Shown: piece by piece, positions 12,418-25,437 of the stretch
Layout of the letters: every line of letters starts with the position of its first letter
Position numbering within the stretch: position 1 is the first letter of the stretch
From: Octopus vulgaris
Taxonomy: Eukaryota
DNA: 64,000 nucleotides
Assembly: GCA_951406725.2 (NCBI GenBank)
Contig: OX597820.1
Span: 32,984,001-33,048,000 of the forward strand
Direction of reading: 5' to 3'
Notes under the pieces: generated by a model
The model's input: the letters and a program-made list of their open reading frames with translations, nothing else
Databases searched by the model: none
Told to the model about the DNA's origin: nothing
Made by a program: the position numbers and the translations under genes

Positions 12418-13070
12418 GCTATGGTTCTGAACCATTTTTTGCCTGTAGACCCAATTGGTTCCAATCGTATTCAGATGGGCCTTCATTACCATTCCATGTT
12501 TTAAAAAATCCTGCTATATTTTTATAATCAAACTAGCAGTATCGCCCGGCGTTGCTCGGGTTTGTAAGGGAAATAACTATAAAGCATTTTTAGAGAGTTA
12601 TAGCAAAAAAAACAGCAAAAAATGCATTAAAAATGGAAAAAAATTATGGTAAATTTTTTTTTAAATCGTAGACTAATCGTAGACATTTTTAGAGAGTTAC
12701 TTCCCTTATATAATAGCGAAAAAATGCACTAAAATGGAAAATAATTATGGTAAATTATTTTTAAAATCGTAGACTCATCGTAGACGCGCGCTAATACCCA
12801 TTAGGGCTAGATATGAATCACGACTATAAGATACCCGGTTTTGGTTAAACTGCACCGCAAAATGTGGGAGTAGTTAGGAATCTAAATCGTAGGAGACAGA
12901 CACTCACACAACTTCACTTTTATATATATAGATATTAGGAATTGTATAAAAAAAAAATTATAATATTTTGTGTCTTGTAGAATTATAACTAATTTATTAC
13001 AAATAAATTCTAACAACGGAATGTTATTTGAAGCCCTATGGGCCACGAGGATCCCGGTTGAGAACCACTG
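12418..13070. mobile_element. hAT-like MITE interrupted by a Helitron
   Basis: Right end GGTTGAGAACCACTG (CAGTGGTTCTCAACC-type TIR); degenerate left end CTATGGTTCTGAACC. Confidence 0.55.
12533..12932 (-). mobile_element. Non-autonomous Helitron
   Basis: Minus strand starts TCTATATATATAAAAG and ends with hairpin CCCGAGCAACGCCGGG + CTAG; sits between A and T with no TSD. Confidence 0.8.
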
Positions 13071-13385
13071 GACTATTTGTTTTACATACACACATACATT
13101 CATACATACATACATACAAACAGACGCGTGCGCACACACAAGTATATATGCACAAATAAGTTTTTTTAAGATCGTTTATGTATTTGTTTTGCAAGATTCT
13201 TGATGTGGAATCGTGTGTTGAAATAGAAATTGTTATGTTTCAGGATAGTCATTTGTTTTCTTTTGCTAAATAAACACACGCACTATATATTCGTTCTTCT
13301 CTTCATCTTTATTGTCGTTCTTCTTTTAGTGGCCTTAATACGAAATCTTTCTAAACAGGACAGAAGGATACACGTAGGGTGGAGA

Positions 13386-13428
13386 GTCGCTGAAGAGGTC
13401 ACAGGATGTGTGACGAAAGATTTCAGAC
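13386..13428 (+). ncRNA. Minimal hammerhead motif inside a fold-back
   Basis: gtcg-CTGAAGA-g-GTCACA-ggatg-TGTGAC-GAAA-gat-TT-cagac; flanking inverted arms ~13283-13313/13452-13482. Confidence 0.65.
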
Positions 13429-13722
13429 AAAGGACACAAAAATAATTATAATAATAAAGCTGAAATGAAGAACGAGTATATAAAATGACAATCCCCAAAT
13501 ATAACAATATGTTTTTAAATTCTTTATCTGCAAGGAGATTATGTTACTTAACCTGCACGAGAATTAAAAGACTCGTCACTTGCACTATAATTTGATATTC
13601 CTTCCTTCCTACCTTCCTTCCTTCTTGTAGAAGCTTATTGTCTATTTTTTTTTAAATATTATATTACTACGTTAACAACTGATTTAATTTTCTATATATT
13701 TGTACTAGTATATTTTCTCCTT

Positions 13723-13986
13723 GTGGAGGCGCGTGGCTTAGTGGTCAGGGGTTCAGCATCATGATCGTAAGATTGTGGTTTCGATTCCTGGACCGACCGA
13801 CGCGTTGTGTTCTTGAGCAAAACACTTCATTTCACGTTGCTCCAGTTCACTCAGCTGGCAAAAATGAGTAACGCTGCGATGGGCTGGCGTCCCGTCCAGC
13901 TGGGGAACACATACACCATGGAAACCGGGAAACTGGGCCCATTAGCCTGGCTAGGCTTTAAAAGGCGCATTTATTATTTTTTTAAA
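13723..13986 (+). mobile_element. tRNA-derived SINE family B
   Basis: A box TGGCTTAGTGG, B box GGTTTCGATTCC; 14 bp TSD TATATTTTCTCCTT (13709-13722/13987-14000). Confidence 0.9.
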
Positions 13987-14088
13987 TATATTTTCTCCTT
14001 ATTCCCGTTCTATTTATCTATTTATCTTTTTTCACTTTCTTCTGCTTTTTTTTTGTGGTTGTATTTATGCATGCCACTATATAGAGAG

Positions 14089-14315
14089 TGGAGGCACATG
14101 GCCTAGTGGTTAGAGCAGCGGACTCGCAGTCGAGGGATCGTGAGTTCGAATCTCAAACCGGACGATGTGCGTGTTAATGAGCGAAACACCTAAGCTCCAT
14201 GCGGCTCCGGCAGAACGTAATGGCGAACTTCTGCTGACTCTTTCGCCACAGCTTTCTCTCATTCTTTCCTCCTGTATCTAGGAGCTCACCTGCAAAGAAA
14301 CTGCGTCCCGTCCAC
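14089..14315 (+). mobile_element. tRNA-derived SINE family B2 (3' truncated)
   Basis: TGGCCTAGTGGTTAGAGCAGCGGACTCG..GTTCGAATCTC; homologous to 56660-56957. Confidence 0.85.
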
Positions 14316-15251
14316 GAAATTTTTTCCCCACGAAAGTTCTAGACCCCAGTAATGAACTCATTTGCAAACAACCAATCAGAGCTCACCTTGAAGATCCACA
14401 TACTGTGTACAACTACAGTACAGCCAGTCAGGCGTAGAATGGTTTATGCCACTCTGTGAGTACAGTATGGCAGATCTCACATAAGCACCCTCCCACCATT
14501 TTCATACAGCAATTGAGCACCATCTCTATATGGAGCTAACGTTAGGTACCTATGCTCCGACTGATATTAGTGATACTGCATGTACCGATTGATGTATACA
14601 AGGAGGGCGCAATACGACGCAACGCCATATTGATTACGATGTTTCCAGATCAACACCAACATTTTAAACAACACTCGTTGTCATAACCGACAAAGTGAGT
14701 ACCAAAAACAGATATATGCACACACACACGCACATATGTAGGCGAATCGGAACAATAATTAAATATGCTGGACGGGACAGTGACCGTTTTCATATTATAC
14801 TTTACTTGAAACAACAACGATTCACAGATTTCACTAAAGAATATAACAGACGAATACTTGTGTTTTATTACGTACTGTTTGTTAGTTCGTAAAATATGAG
14901 CTCTCTCAAAGTTCGTTGTTGCTTGTGTCAACAAAAAATGGAATTAACAAATACAAAATTTGGTTTGTGTAATGAGGAAGATTCGCTTACAGTTACATTC
15001 AATCTGATTCATATTAGTATGCCGCCATATCGTGTGTATGCTTTTATGCTATACAGTTGCATATGTTAAAGTTTAATTGACTAATTAGTAATTAATTGAT
15101 TAATTTTGTTACATTAAAATCAACAAAAGTAGTCCCTAAATTACGTTCAATTTAATGGACTTTTAGTAGTAAAGGTCACATACACATCGTCGACCTTCAA
15201 ATCTGCTAAATGGAAAGTACATCGTCGACCTTCAAACCTGCTTAATGGAAA

Positions 15252-15332
<81 letters not shown>

Positions 15333-15565
15333 CTTTATTTAAAAGCAGCAACAATATAACAAAAGCTGTTACTCAGAGTTTCACTTTCCCGTTCGTCCGA
15401 CGTTCTTTAAAAAAATTTTTTGAAACAAATGATGCACGTGGATCGTGAAACTCTGAGTAACAGCTTTTGTTATATTTCTGCTGCTTTTAAATAAAGCAAA
15501 TTACTCTATCTCTGGTATTTGAGTACTCTTTTTTCCACCTTGTTTCACATTTATGTGCTTACTCC

Positions 15566-15568
<3 letters not shown>
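15333..15568. repeat. Fold-back element in (TA)n with tail
   Basis: Arms 15333-15384/15445-15496, tail to 15568; homologous to 22980-23150. Confidence 0.9.
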
Positions 15569-15598
<30 letters not shown>

Positions 15599-15608
<10 letters not shown>

Positions 15609-15935
15609 AAATAGAATGGAAAAACTACAGAAAACTTGTATTATATGGTTAAAGAATATATTTAAATCGTCATGTTAGAAAAATGTTATAAAATTTTGTG
15701 TCTAGTGACATTGTTTTTGGAGAAATAACCGCTTTCGTATTTTCCTTTCAAATTTCTCAAATTTCTTTACCGATATTGTATCATCTCTTCACACACAAAC
15801 TTTTATAACACTATTCTAACATGACGATTTAAATAAATTTTTTAACCATATAATAGAAGTCTTCTGTAGCTTTTTCATTCAAGTTTGTCTTTTATACATC
15901 CAACCACGTGCTTTCACATACCAACTCTCTCACCC
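15599..15935. repeat. Fold-back element in (TA)n with tail
   Basis: Degenerate ~100 bp arms ~15599-15700/15790-15895, tail to 15935. Confidence 0.8.
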
Positions 15936-16375
15936 ATATATATATAAATATGGATTTAAAAACTCTCATCAAAAGCAGTAATTTTAAATTTTTAATTTAT
16001 ATTTCAAACTAACAACATTTTATAGTATTACTTTAAATTATTTTTAAAAACTACCATTCGATATGTTATACAGAAATCAAATTTTATATCTCTGGAGAGC
16101 AGAAGAATTGCCTATAAATGCTTATCAATATAGGATTTCATTATAGGGACAGCACTTCGGTGAAACGATGATAAGATGCTTTAAATACTTAATTCAAAAC
16201 TTTGAAACTGTCATATACATTATATATTTATACTTATACATATTTACATATATTTTTATACATATTTATATTTTTAATACAACAATTATTTTACACTCGA
16301 ACATATCTTTCTGAAGAATTTTCTAATATTGATTTCCTGATATTAATAATAATAATATATTATTAGATATATATG

Positions 16376-16427
<52 letters not shown>

Positions 16428-16432
<5 letters not shown>

Positions 16433-16655
16433 AATTAACTGCGCAAAAGTCAATACGAAAAGCACTCCATCCAATGAGAGTTCAATATTACTAAACATTT
16501 CAACTTCAAGTCCTTATCGCGCTACTAATAGTTTCCTGTACATGCGTACGTTCATCAGGTGTCAATCGCCTGACACTTGATGAACGTATGCATGTACGAT
16601 ACGAGAAACTATTAGTAATGGGATAAGTACATGTAATTGAAACGTTTAGTAATAT
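16428..16655. repeat. Hammerhead-containing fold-back element in (TA)n
   Basis: Arms 16485-16564/16571-16655. Left arm on minus strand: CTGATGA-ac-GTAC-gcat-GTAC-ag-GAAA-ctat-TA. Tail 16428-16484. Confidence 0.8.
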
Positions 16656-16662
16656 ATATATA

Positions 16663-16910
16663 TACAGGGTTATTCAAAAGGAAGGAACCGATTACGCAAT
16701 ATTTTAATAAGGAAAACATTAGAAAACTCCAGCTAAGTCACAACTGTTTACTTACAATGAACTTTTGTTTCCTATCTTACAAGTGTTTAATGTGGCCACC
16801 ACCTGCAGCAAGGGCAACATCAATGCGATAAGAGAATTCCTCCCGGATTCGTGTCAGCATATCAAAAGCAAGTTCATTATGTAACTAAAAAATAAATTTA
16901 CTTTACATGA
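16663..16910 (-). mobile_element. IS630-Tc1-mariner terminal fragment
   Basis: TA+CAGGGTTATTCAAAAG TIR; minus strand MLTRIREEFSYRIDVALAAGGGHIKHL* (transposase C-terminus). Confidence 0.7.
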
Positions 16911-17167
16911 GGCGATTCCAGAAGATAGGGAGATGTACTTGCATAGCAAGTGACCTGATCTGAGTTCGTGTGCTGAAACAAAAAAAGAATTGCAGCGTGG
17001 AAAGTGTTTATAAGTGGTTTAAAAACACACAAAAACCGTTGTATTCACTTCAACATTTAAATTTAATTTGCCAAAATATTTTCATCGCTTTGAGACCGCG
17101 ACATGTTCAATAAAAAGATTTCGCGCAGGACGGAAATTTATCAGTGCACAGTCACAAATACACACAC

Positions 17168-17222
<55 letters not shown>

Positions 17223-17347
17223 AGTAAATAATTTCTTCGATGGTTTTTCAAAAAATCAACAATTAATTACTGGTAGATTTCGGTATGTAAATATGACCAT
17301 TAGCGGCAGGAACTTCTGCAATATATATGCAATATATATATATATAT

Positions 17348-17412
<65 letters not shown>

Positions 17413-17436
17413 TATATATACATATATTATATATAC

Positions 17437-17513
<77 letters not shown>

Positions 17514-17732
17514 TTACTTATATTTATATCCTCTTATATATATTCTACTTATTGTATAACATTACTCTTTTATGTACACTTTTTTAAGTATACTCCTTTA
17601 TGTACACTGTTTTGCTCTACTTTTTTATGTTTAACCCTATAGTTTCTTATGTGGTGGTTTAATAAAGTATGTGATTGAGTATTATCTGGTAATTGATATT
17701 TGATTTAGATGTATTTCTCCATTTTCTTATTT

Positions 17733-17768
<36 letters not shown>

Positions 17769-17954
17769 TACATACATACATACATTCATACATACATACA
17801 TACATACAAACAAATATGCATACATACATGGACGCGTGCTCTTATATAGTTAGGTAGATTAGTTTCAAGATTCAATAGAATCTAGGCACCTTATCACGTA
17901 GGACGCCAGAAATGGCAAGGTACAGTAATAGGGTTCACGGTAAAATAATGAAAT

Positions 17955-18155
17955 TCTGTCACAAGGCCAGCACGTTCGGAGGAGGAAGAATAAGTCACTT
18001 ACCTCGACCCCAGTGTGCAAATCGTACTTATTTTATCGACACCTAAAGGATAAAAGGTAAAGTCGACCACAGTGGAATATTAGCTCAGAAGGTAATGGCG
18101 TACACAGCTAAGCGTTTTACCTGGTGTTCTAATGATTCTACCAGCTCGCCGTCTT
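17955..18155 (-). mobile_element. SINE family C (degenerate)
   Basis: TTTTATCGAC..AAAGGATAAAAGGTAAAGTCGAC..CCAGCTCGCC, homologous to 30981-31190. Confidence 0.7.
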
Positions 18156-18199
18156 ATTACTATAGAGATATTAGAGGTGGGTGAAAGCAATAAGGTGAT

Positions 18200-18715
18200 G
18201 GTTGGATCAGTCTGCGTTGCATTCATTGTAATGGACACACTTTGATATGTTTCTAAACACCAAAGTTTATTCCCATTGGGAGTGAAAGATTGAAGATCTT
18301 GTTATGTGTAGGAGTAATTTCTTGGATGCAACGCTTGAGTGTAATGGAAGGGGGCTTGTTAAGACCGGTGGCTTTGTTTGAAACAATAGGAGGTATTTCC
18401 TTACTTGGAAATGAGTTAGATTTGGCAGGGACTAGCCAAAGGCGTGTAGTAAGGAGCTGGATGCGGACAGCGGTCAGCAAGCAGCGAACGTGGAGGTTCA
18501 CTCCGTGGTGGTACTGTTTATAGAACAATCGTTATTTAGCTGACGAAATAAAGAGGACTCCGTATAGTTGGTGATGAGGAGAGGAAGGTATTGTTTAGCA
18601 AGGAACCAAAAGGATCTGCCATAGTTTAGGAGGCGGGAAAGGTTGAGGGCCGTGTCATAATGAAAGCAACCTTTGTGTAAAGTTAGTGGCCTTAGAAGAG
18701 ATATGCTGTTGGGTG
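18200..18715 (-). pseudogene. Decayed LINE reverse transcriptase fragment
   Basis: PSITLKRCIQEITPTHNKIFNLSLPMG resembles the non-LTR RT N-terminal motif (LK.C..EI...L..IFN.SL..G). Confidence 0.6.
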
Positions 18716-18905
18716 AATATGTATATATGTATGTATGTATGTATATACTTGCATGTATGTATGTATGTATGTATGTATGTATGTATGTATGTATGTATGT
18801 ATGTATGTATTTATGTATGCATGCATGTATGTATGTATGCATGTATGTATGTATGTATGTATGTATATGCATATATGTATGTATGTATGTATATACTTGC
18901 ATACA

Positions 18906-18936
<31 letters not shown>

Positions 18937-19178
18937 TGTATATGCATATATGTATGAGTATGTATGTATATACTTGCATACAATATGTATGTATGTATGT
19001 TTGTACGTATGTATGTATGTATGTATGTATGTATGTATACACATACGCACTTTCACATGTAACCATACTCTGCTCCAGGAAATAAATAGAAAGAGATAAA
19101 TACATGCGTATATAAATATATGCGTATGTAAGTATATGTCTGTCTGTCTGTCTGTCTGTATGTATGTATGTATGTATG

Positions 19179-19209
<31 letters not shown>

Positions 19210-19232
19210 GCATGCATGCATAATATATATAT

Positions 19233-19279
19233 CTTCCTGAAGATTTCTCTTGAATGAAACAGTTCTAGTCCTGTAGAAG
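19233..19279 (+). ncRNA. Complete type I hammerhead fold
   Basis: CTTC-CTGAAGA-tTTC-tctt-GAAt-GAAA-CAG-ttctagtc-CTG-TA-GAAG, followed by AATAAA and a tail ending in (TA)n. Confidence 0.7.
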
Positions 19280-19364
19280 CTCCTTCTATATAATAAATTA
19301 ATTTTACTCTGCTATGTATTGAGTACCTTATTTACTGTGGTTAACCCCGAATCAACCCGGGACC

Positions 19365-19467
<103 letters not shown>

Positions 19468-19509
19468 TGATAGATAGATAGATAAATAGATAGATAGAGA
19501 GAGAGAGAT

Positions 19510-19579
<70 letters not shown>

Positions 19580-19640
19580 TGTGTGTGTGTGTATGTGAGA
19601 GAGAGAGAGAGAGAGAGAGATTGTGTGTGTGTGTGTATGT

Positions 19641-19675
<35 letters not shown>

Positions 19676-20600
19676 TAAAAGTGGGTGTGTCCGATAATAC
19701 TTTGTGTTGCTTGTTCCAATGACCCCAAAATTTCTCTGGAAGGGGTCTGTGCTATTGGTGTTAGCAAACACGCCGTAGTAATCATATACGTTCTCCCTTT
19801 CTTCTCTTTCACTCCCGCCCTTCCCTCCTGTCACTTAACCTCTATCTCTTTCTCTTCCTCTCCCACTTCTTCGTTTTCTTCTTCTTTTTCTTCTTCTTCT
19901 TCTCTTCTTCCTCTTCCTTCCTCCCGCCTTTGACGACACATTATATATGTTTATAATTCGGACAGTTATATACGCGAAAAAACTAACAAAGAAAACAAAA
20001 CAAAAATCGCCATAATATTAACAACAGGAACAGCATACAATAACAACTTCGTCGACGACGACAACGACGACAACAGTGTGTACATGAACGTGTGTGTGTG
20101 TATGTGTGTGTGTGTGTGTGTGTGTATGAGTTTGTTCTTTGTTCTCTGTCTCAGGGGAAAACAATACCAGCACTGTCATTGTAGTCGTTCTCTGCACCAA
20201 ACGGATGCTTCTCTAGAGGAATGCTCCAATAATTTGTCTCTTTAATTCTAAAAGGTAATGGTGTCGGTGATTGTGATGGTGCTGGTGGAGGTGGAGGTGG
20301 GGGATTGTGATGGTGGTAGTGGAAGTGGTGGTGGTGGTGGTGGTGGTGGTGGTGGTAGCGGTAGTTGATGGTCGTTGTGGTGATCGCGAGGGGTAGGAAG
20401 TGCTCCTCGCTCGTATATGTCTCTCTGTCTATCTGTCTTTAGGCATGTATGTATGTATGTATGTATGTATGTATGTATATGCATGATTGTATGTATGCAT
20501 GCATATATGTATGTTTTTGTATGCAATGTGTGTGTTTTTGTGTTTTTTATATATACATATATATGTATATATATGTATGACTGAATGTATATGTGCGCAC

Positions 20601-20657
<57 letters not shown>

Positions 20658-20706
20658 ATATATATGTATATATATGTATATATATGTATGTATGTATGTG
20701 TGCGTG

Positions 20707-20757
<51 letters not shown>

Positions 20758-20761
<4 letters not shown>

Positions 20762-20921
20762 ACAAAGAGAGGGAGAAAGAGCAGTCAAAGCCGAACTCCA
20801 ACCTGTTGAATGGCCGTTGTTTTTAAAATTAAAATAAAATAAAATAAAAATAAAAACAAAAACAAACGGGCTTTTCTTCTTGGAGTTCGGCTTTAACTGC
20901 TCTTTCTCCCTCCCTTTGTCT

Positions 20922-20923
<2 letters not shown>
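20758..20923. repeat. Fold-back element in (TA)n
   Basis: 44 bp arms 20758-20801/20880-20923 with 2 mismatches. Confidence 0.9.
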
Positions 20924-20954
<31 letters not shown>

Positions 20955-21030
20955 TAATTTGTCGCTATCAGCCCAGAGACAGACAGATTAGAAAGAAGCG
21001 TACTTAAAGAAGTGTTTCTTCTCCTGCTCT

Positions 21031-21108
<78 letters not shown>

Positions 21109-21115
21109 TATATAT

Positions 21116-21173
<58 letters not shown>

Positions 21174-21341
21174 TTGTATGTTTATGTTCGTGGGTTTTTA
21201 TGTGTATATCTTGTATGAATGTGTACGTATGTAGTTGTATAGACATATGGGTATGTATGTTGTATATCTGAATGTGTCAGTGTCTATATATGAAACTTTA
21301 TATTTGTATGAAATTGTTTGTAACTCTATATGTATTAGATG

Positions 21342-21396
<55 letters not shown>

Positions 21397-21580
21397 TACA
21401 TCTCTATATGTATTAAATATTTGTGTGTCTATGTATTTTTGTAAACATATCTGTATGGATATTTGCATGGATATTTGTATGGATATTTGCATGGATACCT
21501 GTATAGATATTTGCATGGATATATACTGTACTCATGTACATGTATGGGTATATATTTCTACAGATGTTTATATAGATATA

Positions 21581-22030
21581 CGTGGTCTGATCAATAAGTA
21601 TCCAGTATAGTAACGAAGCTAAAGCACGCATTTACAGCAGTGCTTCGAAGGAAAGTGTGTAGCGTGTGATTGTCGCATGACAGAGAAAGTTGAGCAGAGA
21701 ATCTCCATCGAAGTTTGTCAAAAGCTTGGCGATAGTTGCTCAGAGGCCTACGAAAAGTTTTCAAAACGTTTTTATCATTCTCGACTCAATCAAGATCTTG
21801 TGCAACTAAAACGCGAGTGTCTTTTTGGTCAGCAGAAAGCAGTTTTAGCACAAACTTGGCAGACACACGTCTCATAACCAAATCTTCAGTGACAATGGAC
21901 TGAACTGAACCGTAACTAGTCTGCACATTCTCTGATAACTGAAGGATGTTGATTCGACGATTTCCTCTCACAGCTGCGCGCACATCTGCGATGCTTTTCT
22001 CATTTCTGCTGGGTGCGTTGCAGGTCTCCT
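21581..22030. mobile_element. Rearranged mariner remnant
   Basis: TA+CGTGGTCTGATCAATAAGTATCC TIR; MTEKVEQRISIEVCQKLG on +; MRRVSAKFVLKLLSADQK on -. Confidence 0.85.
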
Positions 22031-23149
22031 AGAATAAATATTTTAACTAAATGATGGTACCTTTTTTAATTATAATGTTACTTTGTAAATTAAAACCAAA
22101 TAATTTTTAATATTCAGATTTTATCCTTAACTGCAATATTTTAAGCAAAAGTTTTCTTGTTCTGTACTTTATCAGATGTAAAACTTGTCCTGAACTCTTC
22201 CAAGTGTAATAACTTGCGTACTTTTCCAGCTTTATAATCTTAAGAATAGTATATCTCTTGCTCGCATTTTTCCATGTAATTCATGTTTTTTCCAGATTAT
22301 GCTATTATGCTAATTAATAATGTGTGAAGTGTTTCAATTAGCGGTGTCGTTGATAATTTTTCTTTACCTCAATGATGCCGGTGACATATATTAAAAGTTC
22401 CCATATAGAACTATATCCATAAAAAAAGTATAGAACTATGTTATCACCCTGAAATTTGAGAAACAAACACTCATAACTTTTTTCTTTTAAAACTTCATTG
22501 CATGAGATTGATACCATGACATTTCTCAAATTGAGATCTATCATTTAGGCTTAATTAAAATATAGCTTGTTTTTAAAATAAAAAAGTTAATTATACTTTA
22601 ATCCAATTTTTTGCCTTATATTTTTTTTCATGATATTTCGCCTCACAACTTTTTGGATACAAATTTTTTGTTGCATGGGATCAAAACTATGAAATTTTTC
22701 ATGCTTTCTTCTATCATTGAAGCTAAGATAAACATATTTTGCTTTTAAAAAAATAAATAATTTATTTAAATCTAAACTTGATAGGAGGCGTTACTTACTC
22801 TCCTATAACGTTGCCACAAATTTTGATGTAAACTTTTTTCTACTGGACCAAATCTCAATTTTTTTATGGCAAAATGTAGCTAGGGACCAATCCTCTTCCA
22901 AAATGTTAACAAATTTTAATTTGGTTAAGGACTGAATTAGCGACAAGCTCTGAAATATGCTGACTGTGAGTAGTTGTCGGAGTTTCACGTTCTCGTTCGT
23001 CGGACAATCACAGCTACCCGACGAACGGCAACGTAAAATTTTGAGTAACAGTTCATGAAGATTTTTTAGTTTTAATATCAGCACATTACTCCACCTTCGG
23101 TATTCGAGTACTATTTTTCTTACCTTGTTTTGCATTTGTGTTTACTCAT

Positions 23150-23221
<72 letters not shown>

Positions 23222-23478
23222 ACACGTATCCATTTGCACATTTATAAGATATGTACACGTATGCTGCTATATCATTTCACGTATGGAATTGTATATTCCG
23301 ACTTACGTATGTCTACATAGGCTATGTATATATGTATGTATGTATGTATGTACGTACGTACGTATGTATGTATGTATGTATGTATGTATGTATGTATGTA
23401 TGTATGTATGTATATATATATATGTGTATGTGTGTGTGTGCACGTATGTGTATGTCAGTGTATGTATGTACATATATG

Positions 23479-24095
23479 TATGCATTGGGTTGGCCATGTT
23501 GTGCGCATGAATGTGGAAAAACTCCCAAAACAACGATTTTACAATCAGTTGCACACTGGGAAACGTCCTCAGCACAAACCAAGAAAAATATATAAGGATT
23601 GCATAAAAACAACCTTAAAAATCAGAACTGGGAAGTGCTTGAATTAAAGAGGGCTAAATGGAGAGGATATATGAAGGAAGGCTGCAGAATGTTTGAAGAG
23701 AGACGTCTTGATCATGAAAAACTTAATCGCCAGCTTCGAATAGTCCACAGTATGAACATCAAAAAGAACATAGTGAGCTGGATTTGTGAGGTGTATGGTC
23801 GTTGATAAACCTGGGTATATCACTTATTCAAAATCACATAAAAAGCGAACTGTATGCAGCTCTATCCCACTAATGTGACAACATGAGTGGTGTACAAAAA
23901 ATCAATATCTGGTCTTAAAAGGCATATAAGGGTGTATAAAGATGACATTCCACAAGTTGACCCAATAAATCCAATAGAGGGCACATCTTTTGTCTGTCAC
24001 GTTTGCTGCAGACCGTACAAATCTAATGCTGGACTTAAAAGCCACCTAAGGGGACATGGGAGTACATGGGGAGACAGCAATCATCAACAAAGTTG
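23479..24095 (+). mobile_element. RTE-clade LINE 3' end with C-terminal C2H2-type fingers
   Basis: HWVGHVVRM..LPKQRFYNQL..GKRPQHKPRKIYKD..KRAKWR; then [43 protein letters not shown]. Confidence 0.85.
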
Positions 24096-24662
24096 AAGCA
24101 ATCACCATGTGTATGTGCGTGTGTGTGTGTGGGGAGAGTGTGTGTATGTGTGTGTCTGTCTGTGTGTGTGTCTGTCTGTGTGTGTGTGTCTGTCTGTATG
24201 TATGTGTCTGTTTGTGTGTCTGTGTGTGTGTGTATTACAGAAAAAAAGGAGTATGGAAACTTGTACATCCACTATTTTTATTTTAAAGTTATATCCAGCA
24301 TATTACAATGACTTACACGTGTTTCCGCTGTATCTACTGCACATTGCACATTGTTGATGAAACCCTGCAATATTGTCAGTGCAGTTTCATCAGGGTCTGT
24401 CCATTTGGGTTTTTCGTTCATGTAGCGTAATGAATAATGGACCGCTTTATATCGTAGATTATGTCACTGTCTTTCAAATTCCAAATGAATTTACTAAGAT
24501 TCGTAGAAGTACATTTCTTTCTAGACTTAAATGAAGAAGATTGCTTATTTAGTCTACATTTACAAATTTGAAGTAAAACGGCCTATATAATTATACGCAC
24601 GATCTCCTGCAATTACTAAACTGTATTCTTCCTTAAACATCGATCTGTACACGCACGCACAG

Positions 24663-24740
<78 letters not shown>

Positions 24741-25403
24741 TGCGTTAACATCCGCTGGGAAAATGTTATTCACTATTATGAATACTTACCTATTTTAAGC
24801 TTGGATCATTTTGTATATTCTGTTATGCCTATATTTAAAAGAAACTTTTCACAAAAGACATATCGCCATATTTTCATTTTTTACTACTGTGGCACCGGTG
24901 GGAAGTTTTTTGTCAAAAATTTCTTTAAAACGTAAGCATAACAAACCATGTATTATTGTCTGAATAGGAAAAAAGGAAATACGCACAGTATAAGAAATGC
25001 AAGTGATATATTATTAAGAAAACTTTCTTTAAAATTAGACCTAACAGGCCAGATATTATGATCTGAGACTGAATCAAATAAGTGCGAGAGTAGTGAAAAT
25101 ACTGGTGGGATGTTTATGTAAAAAAAGTTATAATATAACAGACGAGAGCTTATGGTCTGAGAACGAAAAAAATCAAGCATACTGAGTAGTGAAAATAGTA
25201 TTGTCATATTGTCTTGAAAAATCCTCTTTAAAATGCAGGTCTAACAGATCACGCATTATGATCCTAGATAATAAATGTTTATAGCATGTATGTATTAAAA
25301 GCCTCAGAGAGGGAGGCTGTGTACATATATATGTATGTATGCATGTATGTGTATATGTAACTACGCTTGAATGAATGTATGTACGTACGTATGTCTATGT
25401 ATG

Positions 25404-25437
<34 letters not shown>

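Noticed and set aside
18730-18990. Regularly spaced ATATACTTGCATACAAT units (also 21450-21520, 34867-34980, 46795-46895, 15185-15254)
   Set aside because: Slippage-derived minisatellites or local tandem duplications; not CRISPR (no unique spacers, eukaryotic context).
19780-20420. CT-rich and GGT-rich region resembling a promoter or 5'UTR
   Set aside because: Low complexity only; no linked exon or other support.
22030-22960. AT-rich stretch that may be a DNA transposon remnant
   Set aside because: No TIR or protein motif could be recognised.
23887-24096. Host C2H2 zinc-finger gene
   Set aside because: Contiguous with an RTE RT tail, disrupted by stops, and lacks TGEKP linkers.
24355-24395. 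CTGATGA in a TGATGAAAC..GTTTCATCA hairpin
   Set aside because: No properly placed GAAA after a stem II.
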